DNA of 64,000 bases from Macrostomum lignano. Its lineage: Eukaryota. Below the pieces are notes generated by a model that saw only the letters and a program-made list of their open reading frames with translations, was not told where the DNA came from and searched no databases. A program made the translations under genes and the position numbers. Each line of letters starts with the position of its first letter. Position 1 is the stretch's first letter. The stretch is from positions 186,001 to 250,000 of the forward strand of contig NIVC01000080.1 in NCBI GenBank assembly GCA_002269645.1, given 5' to 3'. Shown here in pieces: positions 35,281-47,569 of the stretch.

Positions 35281-38200
35281 ACCCCTCCGCAAATTTTCCC
35301 ACCTCTAACACATCTTTTTAGCACGCTAAAACTGCTTGTAAGCCTTCTTGCGACCACGCAACACATACTTGCCGATATGTATCGTAATACTCTTTCTGCA
35401 CTAACAAATCATCTGTGCCGCACTTTCAGCTTCACTCTTACTCTTTAATAAGGTATACAAGGAAAGGAAAATTAAACAATTAATATTAAATTATATTCAA
35501 GTGAAAGAGAATTGAAAATACTAATAAATCCGTTCCTGCTAAAAAAATTAAATATAAAAAAACCTGACTCACTTGGGATTCGAACCCGGGTACATGCAGT
35601 TTACAAAGCAACTGCCTTCGGCCACGATCCATCTCTCGCTTAAGCAAAGCTCTACAGTGCACGCGCTTTATATCGAATATTCCGTATGTATGGTAGCCAC
35701 TTATACGATTTTTGCTGCTTTTTCATACATTTCTGCTCGCTGCATCGCAACGCCTTAACCTAAAAATACGAGTCGCATGTCGTTACAGAGATAACATCAA
35801 GGCGCATTCATCCAATGCATTTTCAAACTATGTCAACAAATTTTTTCGGCTGCTAGGCGCCAAATTATGAATTTTTACCTGTTCTGACAGGTATTCAAAC
35901 AGGTATTAAGACCTGTTAACCTAAGAATCAGTTTTCAAAACTTATTTAGTTGCATAGTGCATCCATAATGCTGTTTTTAGACACCAAACTTGAGTCTCTA
36001 GGTCTCGCCAATGCAGAGTTATTAGCAAAAGTATGCTCAAAATTTGCCCAAAAATGGCCTACTCAAAATTCGGAGCCAATTTTCTCAAAAATACGAATTT
36101 TCCAGCCATATTGGCGTATGACCGGTGAAACTTCAGCTATTCGACTAAACAATATTGAAAATGCAGAAAAATCGGTGCGCAAAATTTCTTATTTTTCGAC
36201 TTCAAAGTTTGTACCCCAAATGGGCCGTTTTTCACTTAACAGGTAAAAAGTACCTGTTAACAGGTATTTTTTCCAGAGTGTCTTGCGCCATTCGAACGGG
36301 CATCCGATGGGCTACAATTTGACACCACACTCGAAAAAATTCGCCCAGTAATAAAAATTTTTCTTTAACAACATATGTTTTTTTGGTCGAGTCCCCCGGC
36401 CTCTTTTTTCCCCGGTTTCCGGGTCACTGCTCCGCACCGGTAGGTCCAAATGCTTAGAAAATTTAGGAAAACGAATTTCCATATGTTTGACACGTTGTGT
36501 TAAAGTCTCAACACCGTAGCTTAAAACACTTTCTTATTTTTGGAGACTACTTTTTGAAAACGTGACCCAAATTTTCAAAAACACTGTTTTTGACCCTTGT
36601 AGCCATATAGAGCAGCAATGAATGGCCCAATCAAGCAGATCTCAGCATTTCCGAATAAAAGACATCCATTTGAGTGATTTGGGTTGAAAAATTGAAAAAA
36701 TCAAGATTTGCATCTGTATAGGATAAGCCTCTTTAAAGTGCACAAACGGTTTGTACTTTTAAAGTGCAGATAGGCAGCCATGTCAAAAGTACATTTTAGC
36801 CCAAAAAATTATAGCGCATCTAAAAGCCCCAGGTGTTGTTGACATTAGGCAGCAGCTCAAAAGCCGCGCTATTGCGCGTCCTTTTCGCTGCAGTACGGGC
36901 AAGGTTGAAAAACATGTACAAAAAATTGGCCGAAAAATTGCATTTTTAATAATCAGATGCAGTTTGCTCAAAAATACGAATTTTCCAGCCATATTGGCGT
37001 ATGACCGGTGAAACTTTAGCTATTCGACTAAACAATATTGAAAATGCAGAAAAATCGGTGCGCAAAATTTCTTATTTTTCGACTTCAAAGTTTGTACCCC
37101 CAAATGGGCCGTTTTTCACTTAACAGGTAAAAAGTACCTGTTAACAGGGGTTTTTTCAGGAGTGTCTTATGTCATTCAAAAGGGCATCCGATGGGCTACA
37201 ATTTGACACTACACTCGAAAAAATTCGCCCCATTTTAAAAAAATTTCCTTAACAACGTTTGATTTTCTGCAGAGCCCCCGGCCTCTTTTTTCCCTGGTTT
37301 CCGGGTCACTGCTCAGCACAGGTAGGTCCAAATGCTTAGAAAATTTGGGAAAACAAATTTCCAAATGTTTGACACGTTGTGTTAAAGTCTCAACACCGTA
37401 GCATAAAACACTTTCTTATTTTTTGGGACTACTTTTTAAAAACGTGACCCAATTTTTCGAAAATGTCGTTTTTAGGCACTCTTTGGCACCTGGGCAGGTT
37501 ATTGATGGCCCAATCGGCCAAATCTCAATGTTTCCGAATAGAAGACATCCATTTGAGTAATTTGGTGTAGAAATATTAAAAAAAAAAGTTTTCCATCTCG
37601 ACGCCATAGGCCTCTAAAAAGTGCACTAAAAATTTGTACTTTTAAAGTGCAGATAGGCAGCCATGTGAAAAGTACATTTTAGCCAAAAAAACTACAGCGC
37701 ATCAGACAGCCTTAAGTGTTTTTAAGGCTAGGAGGCAGCTCAAAGGCCGCGCGAAAGCGCGTCCTTTTCGCTGCGGTGAGGCAAAGTTGAAAAAAAATGC
37801 CAATTTTTCGACCTCAAAAAATACGTTTTTTGTACTTTTAGCCTAGACGTTAAAGTACAATAAAAAAATCCATTTCTGATCATTGTAGCGTTCGAATGCC
37901 CGCGTTTACTGAGCCAGCCCGCTAAGCGCTGCCATATTCTCAATCCTTATTTTTTGAGATCAAAGTTTTTGACAAAGTCGAAAAAACGCAGTTTTTGGTT
38001 GCCATGGCAACCAAAACGCGTCGCCATGACAACCAAACACTGCGGATCTGTTAGCCCTAGGTCTTTGACGCATTTTGGCAAAAACCGTTTGTAAATCGGT
38101 CGTACCGTTTTTTATTGGCAGCGTTTAAAAGTTGAAAAACGTCATTTTCCTATGTGACACCGTTGCTACATCTTATCAGGGACGATTTCGCAAAAGTAAG

Positions 38201-41200
38201 CAGCATAGAAAAAAATTCTCGCTTCGCTCGCATTTTTTCCTATACTACTTACTGGCTCATCGTCCCACAACTAGTGAATGAAGACGCTGTCGTCTTCAAA
38301 GGTGGGACGATGGTTTATATATTGTTTGTAACTTTTATGGCCTAATTTTTAATTTAAAAAAAACTAAGAAGCTTAGTTGATTATAATTTAATTTAAACAA
38401 AGTTTAAGCATAACTGTTTAAAAAATTAATAAAAATACTTATGATGGTTTTTTATGTCCATTATTGTTTATGGCTTAATATAAATTTTAAAAAAAACTAA
38501 GAAGCTTAGTTGATTATAATTTAATTTAAACAAAGTTTAAGCATAACTATTTAAAAAAATTAATAAAAACACTTATGATGGTTTATTATGTCCATTATTG
38601 TTTATGGCTATGACCTATTTATTTAACCCAAATTAAGAACTAATTAAAACGCTATATCGTGTTTTTATATTTTACGGCTATGACGTATGAAGAACTAAAT
38701 AGCTTAATGGGCTACATTTTCAATTTGATTTAAACAAAGTTTATACATAACTGTGGAAATATAATAATAAAAAATATTTTATTAGATTACAAGAATATCC
38801 ACTCTGCTGTTGTGTAGAAAGGGTTGTTAAGGCGGTTGTTGTTGTTTGTTGGTTGTAAAAGGGGTTGTTGTTGTTGGGGTTTTTGTTGTTGTTGGGGTTG
38901 TTGTTGTTGTTGTTGGGGGGTGGTTGTTGTTGGGGGTTTGCGTAACGTGGGGGCTGCCGCCCCCACACCCCCGCTCCCCCACCCCTCCCGCGCGTTGTTG
39001 TTGGGGAGGGTGGTTGTTGTTGTGGGGTTTGCGTAACGTGGGGGCTGCCGCCCCACACCCCCGCTCCCCCACCCCTCCCGCGCGTTGTTGTTGGGGAGGG
39101 TGGTTGTTGTTGTGGGGTTTGCGTAACGTGGGGGCTGCCGCCCCCACACCCCCGCTCCCCCACCCCTCCCGCGCGTTGTTGTTGGGGAGGGTGGTTGTTG
39201 TTGTGGGGTTTGCGTATCGTGGGGGCTGCCGCCCCCACACCCCCGCTCCCCCACCCCTCCCGCGCGTTGTTGTTGGGGAGGGTGGTTATTGTTGTGGGGT
39301 TTGCGTAACGTGGGGGCTGCCGCCCCCACACCCCCGCTCCCCCACCCCTCCCGCGCGTTGTTGTTGGGGAGGGTGGTTGTTGTTGGGGGTTTGCGTATTG
39401 TGGGGGCTGCCGCCCCCACACCCCCGCTCCCCCACCTAACCCCTCCGCAAATTTTCCCACCTCTAACACATCTTTTTAGCACGCTAAAACTGCTTGTAAG
39501 CCTTCTGGCGACCACGCAACACATACTTGCCGATATGTATCGTAATACTCTTTCTGCACTAACAAATCATCTGTGCCGCACTTTCAGCTTCACTCTTACT
39601 CTTTGACTTTAATAAGGTATACAAGGAAAGGAAAATTAAACAATTAATATTAAATTATATTCAAGTGAAAGAGAATTGAAAATACTAATAAATCCGTTCC
39701 TGCTAAAAAAATTAAATATAAAAAAACCTGGCTCACTTGGGATTCGAACCCGGGTACATGCAGTTTACAAAGCAACTGCCTTCGGCCACGATCCATCTCT
39801 CGCTTAAGCAAAGCTCCACAGTGCACGCGCTTTATATCGAATATTCCGTATGTATGGTAGCCACTTATACGATTTTTGCTGCTTTTTCATACATTTCTGC
39901 TCGCTGCATCGCAACGCCTTAACCTAAAAATACGAGTCGCATGTCGTTACAGAGATAACATCAAGGCGCATTCATCCAATGCATTTTCAAACTATGTCAA
40001 CAAATTTTTTCGGCTGCTAGGCGCCAAATTATGAATTTTTACCTGTTCTGACAGGTATTCAAACAGGTATTAAGACCTGTTAACCTAAGAATCAGTTTTC
40101 AAAACTTATTTAGTTGCATAGTGCATCCATAATGCTGTTTTTAGACACCAAACTTGAGTCTCTAGGTCTCGCCAATGCAGAGTTATTAGCAAAAGTATGC
40201 TCAAAATTTGCCCAAAAATGGCCTACTCAAAATTCGGAGCCAATTTTCTCAAAAATACGAATTTTCCAGCCATATTGGCGTATGACCGGTGTAACTTCAG
40301 CTATTCGACTAAACAATATTGAAAATGCAGAAAAATCGGTGCGCAAAATTTCTTATTTTTCGACTTCAAAGTTTGTACCCCAAATGGGCCGTTTTTCACT
40401 TAACAGGTAAAAAGTACCTGTTAACAGGTATTTTTTCCAGAGTGTCTTGCGCCATTCGAACGGGCATCCGATGGGCTACAATTTGACACTACACTCGAAA
40501 AAATTCGCCCAGTAATAAAAATTTTTCTTTAACAACATATGTTTTTTTGGTCGAGTCCCCCGGCCTCTTTTTTCCCCGGTTTCCGGGTCACTGCTCCGCA
40601 CCGGTAGGTCCAAATGCTTAGAAAATTTAGGAAAACGAATTTCCATATGTTTGACACGTTGTGTTAAAGTCTCAACACCGTAGCATAAAACACTTTCTTA
40701 TTTTTGGAGACTACTTTTTGAAAACGTGACCCAAATTTTCAAAAACACTGTTTTTGACCCTTGTAGCCATATAGAGCAGCAATGAATGGCCCAATCAAGC
40801 AGATCTCAGCATTTCCGAATAAAAGACATCCATTTGAGTGATTTGGGTTGAAAAATTGAAAAAATCAAGATTTGCATCTGTATAGGATAAGCCTCTTTAA
40901 AGTGCACAAACGGTTTGTACTTTTAAAGTGCAGATAGGCAGCCATGTCAAAAGTACATTTTAGCCCAAAAAATTATAGCGCATCTAAAAGCCCCAGGTGT
41001 TGTTGACATTAGGCAGCAGCTCAAAAGCCGCGCTATTGCGCGTCCTTTTCGCTGCAGTACGGGCAAGGTTGAAAAACATGTACAAAAAATTGGCCGAAAA
41101 ATTGCATTTTTAATAATCAGATGCAGTTTGCTCAAAAATACGAATTTTCCAGCCATATTGGCGTATGACCGGTGAAACTTTAGCTATTCGACTAAACAAT

Positions 41201-44200
41201 ATTGAAAATGCAGAAAAATCGGTGCGCAAAATTTCTTATTTTTCGACTTCAAAGTTTGTACCCCCAAATGGGCCGTTTTTCACTTAACAGGTAAAAAGTA
41301 CCTGTTAACAGGGGTTTTTTCCAGAGTGTCTTATGTCATTCAAAAGGGCATCCGATGGGCTACAATTTGACACTACACTCGAAAAAATTCGCTCCATTTT
41401 AAAAAAATTTCCTTAACAACGTTTGATTTTCTGCAGAGCCCCCGGCCTCTTTTTTCCCTGGTTTCCGGGTCACTGCTCAGCACAGGTAGGTCCAAATGCT
41501 TAGAAAATTTGGGAAAACAAATTTCCAAATGTTTGACACGTTGTGTTAAAGTCTCAACACCGTAGCATAAAACACTTTCTTATTTTTTGGGACTACTTTT
41601 TAAAAACGTGACCCAATTTTTCGAAAATGTCGTTTTTAGGCACTCTTTGGCACCTGGGCAGGTTATTGATGGCCCAATCGGCCAAATCTCAATGTTTCCG
41701 AATAGAAGACATCCATTTGAGTAATTTGGTGTAGAAATATTAAAAAAAAAGTTTTCCATCTCGACGCCATAGGCCTCTAAAAAGTGCACTAAAAATTTGT
41801 ACTTTTAAAGTGCAGATAGGCAGCCATGTGAAAAGTACATTTTAGCCAAAAAAACTACAGCGCATCAGACAGCCTTAAGTGTTTTTAAGGCTAGGAGGCA
41901 GCTCAAAGGCCGCGCGAAAGCGCGTCCTTTTCGCTGCGGTGAGGCAAAGTTGAAAAAAATGCCAATTTTTCGACCTCAAAAAACACGTTTTTTGTACTTT
42001 TACCTGTGAAGTGAAAGTACAATCAAAAAATCCATTTCGGATCATTTTAGCGTTCGAATGCCCGCGTCTGCTGAGCCCACTCGCTAAGCGCTGCCATATT
42101 CTCAATCCTTATTTTTTGAGATCAAATTTTTTGACAATGTCGAAAAAACGCAGTTTTTGGTTGCCATGGCAACCAAAACGCGTCGCCATGACAACCAAAC
42201 ACTGCGGATCTGTTAGCCCTAGGTCTTTGACGCATTTTGGCAAAAACCGTTTGTAAATCGGTCGTACCGTTTTTTATGCGCAGCGTTTCAAAGTTGAAAA
42301 ACGTCATTTTTAGTGTGTGCAACCACGTTACATCTTATCAGGGACGATTTCGCAAAAGTAAGCAGTATAGAAAAAAATTCTCGCTTCGCTCGCCTTTTTT
42401 TCTATACTACTTACTGGCTCCATCGTCCCACAACTAGTGAATGAAGACGCTGTCGTCTTCAAAGGTGGGACGATGGTTTATATATTGTTCGTAACTTTTA
42501 TGGCCTAATTTTAAATTTAAAAAAAAAACTAAGAAGCTTAGTTGATTATAATTTAATTTAAACAAAGTTTAAGCATAACTATTTAAAAAAATTAATAAAA
42601 ATACTTATGATGGTTTATTATGTCCATTATTGTTTATGGCTATGACCTATTTATTTAACCCAAATTAAGAACTAATTAAAACGCTATATCGTGTTTTTAT
42701 ATTTTACGGCTATACTGCATTTTCAATTTGATTTAAACAAAGTTTATACATAACTGTGGAAATATAATAATAAAAAATATTTTATTAGATTACAAGAATA
42801 TCCACTCTGCTGTTGTGTAGAAAGGGTTGTTAAGGCGGTTGTTGTTGTTTGTTGGTTGTAAAAGGGGTTGTTGTTGTTGGGGTTTTTGTTGTTGTTGGGG
42901 TTGTTGTTGTTGTTGTTGGGGGTGGTTGTTGTTGGGGGGTTTGCGTAACGTGGGGGCTGCCGCCCCCACACCCCCGCTCCCCCACCCCTCCCGCGCGTTG
43001 TTGTTGGGGAGGGTGGTTGTTGTTGTGGGGTTTGCGTATCGTGGGGGCTGCCGCCCCCACACCCCCGCTCCCCCACCCCTCCCGCGCGTTGTTGTTGGGG
43101 AGGGTGGTTGTTGTTGGGGGTTTGCGTATTGTGGGGGCTGCCGCCCCCACACCCCCGCTCCCCCACCTAACCCCTCCGCAAATTTTCCCACCTCTAACAC
43201 ATCTTTTTAGCACGCTAAAACTGCTTGTAAGCCTTCTGGCGACCACGCAACACATACTTGCCGATATGTATCGTAATACTCTTTCTGCACTAACAAATCA
43301 TCTGTGCCGCACTTTCAGCTTCACTCTTACTCTTTGACTTTAATAAGGTATACAAGGAAAGGAAAATTAAACAATTAATATTAAATTATATTCAAGTGAA
43401 AGAGAATTGAAAATACTAATAAATCCGTTCCTGCTAAAAAAATTAAATATAAAAAAACCTGGCTCACTTGGGATTCGAACCCGGGTACATGCAGTTTACA
43501 AAGCAACTGCCTTCGGCCACGATCCATCTCTCGCTTAAGCAAAGCTCCACAGTGCACGCGCTTTATATCGAATATTCCGTATGTATGGTAGCCACTTATA
43601 CGATTTTTGCTGCTTTTTCATACATTTCTGCTCGCTGCATCGCAACGCCTTAACCTAAAAATACGAGTCGCATGTCGTTACAGAGATAACATCAAGGCGC
43701 ATTCATCCAATGCATTTTCAAACTATGTCAACAAATTTTTTCGGCTGCTAGGCGCCAAATTATGAATTTTTACCTGTTCTGACAGGTATTCAAACAGGTA
43801 TTTAGACCTGTTAACCTAAGAATCAGTTTTCAAAACTTATTTAGTTGCATAGTGCATCCATAATGCTGTTTTTAGACACCAAACTTGAGTCTCTAGGTCT
43901 CGCCAATGCAGAGTTATTAGCAAAAGTATGCTCAAAATTTGCCCAAAAATGGCCTACTCAAAATTCGGAGCCAATTTTCTCAAAAATACGAATTTTCCAG
44001 CCATATTGGCGTATGACCGGTGAAACTTCAGCTATTCGACTAAACAATATTGAAAATGCAGAAAAATCGGTGCGCAAAATTTCTTATTTTTCGACTTCAA
44101 AGTTTGTACCCCAAATGGGCCGTTTTTCACTTAACAGGTAAAAAGTACCTGTTAACAGGTATTTTTTCCAGAGTGTCTTGCGCCATTCGAACGGGCATCC

Positions 44201-46163
44201 GATGGGCTACAATTTGACACCACACTCGAAAAAATTCGCCCAGTAATAAAAATTTTTCTTTAACAACATATGCTTTTTTGGTCGAGTCCCCCGGCCTCTT
44301 TTTTCCCCGGTTTCCGGGTCACTGCTCCGCACCGGTAGGTCCAAATGCTTAGAAAATTTAGGAAAACAAATTTCCATATGTTTGACACGTTTTGTTAAAA
44401 TCTCAACACCGTAGCTTAAAACACTTTCTTATTTTTGGAGACTACTTTTTGAAAACGTGACCCAAATTTTCAAAAACACTCTTTTTGACCCTTGTAGCCA
44501 TATAGAGCAGCAATGAATGGCCCAATCAAGCAGATCTCAGCATTTCCGAATAAAAGACATCCATTTGAGTGATTTGGGTTGAAAAATTGAAAAAATCAAG
44601 ATTTGCATCTGTATAGGATAAGCCTCTTTAAAGTGCACAAACGGTTTGTACTTTTAAAGTGCAGATAGGCAGCCATGTCAAAAGTACATTTTAGCCCAAA
44701 AAATTATAGCGCATCTAAAAGCCCCAGGTGTTGTTGACATTAGGCAGCAGCTCAAAAGCCGCGCTATTGCGCGTCCTTTTCGCTGCAGTACGGGCAAGGT
44801 TGAAAAACATGTACAAAAAATTGGCCGAAAAATTGCATTTTTAATAATCAGATGCAGTTTGCTCAAAAATACGAATTTTCCAGCCATATTGGCGTATGAC
44901 CGGTGAAACTTTAGCTATTCGACTAAACAATATTGAAAATGCAGAAAAATCGGTGCGCAAAATTTCTTATTTTTCCACTCCAAAGTTTGTACCCCAAAAT
45001 GGGCCGTTTTTCACTTAACCGGTAAAAAGTACCTGTTAACAGGGGTTTTTTCCACAGTGTCTTATGTCATTCAAAAGGGCATCCGATGGGCTACAAGTTG
45101 ACACTACACTCGAAAAAATTCGCCCCATTTTAAAAAAATTTCCTTAACAACGTTTGATTTTCTGCAGAGCCCCCGGGCCCTTTTTTCCCTGGTTTCCGGG
45201 TCACTGCTCCGCACAGGTAGGTCCAAATGCTTAGAAAATTCAGGAAAACAAATTTCCATATATTTGACACGTTGTGTTAAAGTCTCAACACCGTAGCATA
45301 AAACACTTTCTTATTTTTTGGGACTACTTTTTAAAAACGTGACCCAATTTTTCGAAAATGTCGTTTTTAGGCACTCTTTGGCACCTGGGCAGGTTATTGA
45401 TGGCCCAATCGGCCAAATCTCGATGTTTCCGATTAAAAGACATCCATTTGAGTTATTTGGTATACAAAACAGCAAAAATAAAGTTTTCCATCTCGACGCC
45501 ATAGGCCTCACAAAAGTGCACTAAAAATTTGTACTTTTAAACAGCAGATAGGCAGCCATGTGAAAAGTACATTTTAGCCCAAAAAACTATACCGCATCAA
45601 ACAGCCCCAAGTGTTTTTGAGGCTAGGAGGCAGCTCAAAGGCCGCGCTATCGCGCGTCCTTTTCGCTGCGGTAAGGCAAAGTTGAAAAAAATGCCAATTT
45701 TTCGACCTCAAAAAACACGTTTTTTGTACTTTTAGCCTAGACGTTAAAGTACAATAAAAAAATCCATTTCTGATCATTGTAGAGTTCGAATGCCCGCGTT
45801 TACTGAGCCAGCCCGCTAAGCGCTGCCATATTCTCAATCCTTATTTTTTGAGATCAAAGTTTTTGACAAAGTCGAAAAAACGCAGTTTTTGGTTGCCATG
45901 GCAACCAAAACGCGTCGCCATGACAACCAAACACTGCGGATCTGTTAGCCCTAGGTCTTTGACGCATTTTGGCAAAAACCGTTTGTAAATCGGTCGTACC
46001 GTTTTTTATGCGCAGCGTTTCAAAGTTGAAAAACGTCATTTTCCTATGTGACACCGTTGCTACATCTTATCAGGGACGATTTCGCAAAAGTAAGCACCAT
46101 AGAAAAAAATTCTCGCTTCGCTCGCCTTTTTTTCTATACTACTTACTGGCTCATCGTCCCACA

Positions 46164-47243
46164 ACTAGTGGCAGTCAAATAGCTTTCAGTCAAACAGTGG
46201 CAGTTAGGTAGCCTTCAGTCAAACAGTGGCAGTCAAATAGCTTTCAGTTAAATAGTGGCAGTCAAATGGCCTTCAGTGAAACAGTGGCAGTCAAATAATG
46301 GCTTTCAGTGAACTAGTGGCAGTCAAATAGCTTTCAGTCAAACAGTGGCAGTTAGGTAGCCTTCAGTCAAACAGTGGCAGTCAAATAGCTTTCAGTTAAA
46401 TAGTGGCAGTCAAATGGCCTTCAGTGAAACAGTGGCAGTCAAATAATGGCTTTCAGTGAACTAGTGGCAGTCAAATAGCTTTCAGTCAAACAGTGGCAGT
46501 TAGGTAGCCTTCAGTCAAACAGTGGCAGTCAAATAGCTTTCAGTTAAATAGTGGCAGTCAAATGGCCTTCAGTGAAACAGTGGCAGTCAAATAGCTTTCA
46601 GTTAAATAGTGGCAGTCAAATAGCTTTCAGTTAAATAGTGGCAGTCAAATGGCCTTCAGTGAAACAGTGGCAGTCAAATAATGGCTTTCAGTGAACTAGT
46701 GGCAGTCAAATAGCTTTCAGTCAAACAGTGGCAGTTAGGTAGCCTTCAGTCAAACAGTGGCAGTCAAATAGCTTTCAGTTAAATAGTGGCAGTCAAATGG
46801 CCTTCAGTGAAACAGTGGCAGTCAAATAATGGCTTTCAGTGAACTAGTGGCAGTCAAATAGCTTTCAGTCAAACAGTGGCAGTTAGGTAGCCTTCAGTCA
46901 AACAGTGGCAGTCAAATAGCTTTCAGTTAAATAGTGGCAGTCAAATGGCCTTCAGTGAAACAGTGGCAGTCAAATAGCTTTCAGTTAAATAGTGGCAGTC
47001 AAATAGCTTTCAGTTAAATAGTGGCAGTCAAATGGCCTTCAGTGAAACAGTGGCAGTCAAATAATGGCTTTCAGTGAACTAGTGGCAGTCAAATAGCTTT
47101 CAGTCAAACAGTGGCAGTTAGGTAGCCTTCAGTCAAACAATGGCAGTCAAATAGCTTTCAGTTAAATAGTGGCAGTCAAATAGCTTTCAGTTAAATAGTG
47201 GCAGTCAAATAGCTTTCAGTTAAATAGTGGCAGTCAAATGGCG
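46164..47243. repeat. 29-bp satellite, right part, about 36 units with higher-order structure
   Basis: Variants recur in an ordered pattern (e.g. the aataatggc...actagtg and gttaggtagcc variants). Confidence 0.95.
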
Positions 47244-47569
47244 TAAACCTATTTACAGCGTGTCCCATCCTATAAAAGTGGCATTGAAGTGTTTAATCAG
47301 GCATAAATATTGCAATATGTATGGAAATAAGCTAATCTATTGGGTTCTTATTGGCAATTAATGAAGTCCTATCTTTACCCTTTACGAGCTATAAACCTCT
47401 CTGAAGAATCAGGTTGTCACTAGCATACCTGAATAAGAAATATTTGGACTAATCCTTTGTCATCCTTTATTTGTTTCTGTAAAATATTCTTCTACTTTAA
47501 ATTCTGAAAGAAGGAATCGAAAGCGAGCTCTCTTGTTAGAGAATTCTCAAGTCTAAATCTGTGTTGGAA

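Larger units (their letters stand above)
29564..46163 (-). mobile_element. Head-to-tail array of four non-autonomous Helentron/Helitron2-like (HINE) units: 29564-34202, 34203-38269, 38270-42432, 42433-46163
   Basis: On the minus strand each unit has 5' T-GTGGGACGATG, a 14-bp-stem hairpin near the 5' end, a 3' subterminal CATCGTCCCAC, a 3' hairpin TGAAGACG-acag-CGTCTTCA, and ends in CACTAGT. Insertion is at T|T with no separate TSD. Central tandem repeats are present. No Rep/Helicase ORF. Confidence 0.75.

Noticed and set aside
34674-43337. Gln/Thr/Pro-rich or Val/Gly-rich ORFs in the Helentron-like units
   Set aside because: Derived from (GTT)n and the 87-bp repeat on both strands. Lengths vary between units and no domain is recognisable.
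32762-46211. Short ORFs (60-100 aa) repeated in each unit as cargo genes
   Set aside because: Not consistently conserved in frame between units, no motifs, and no Rep or helicase signatures.
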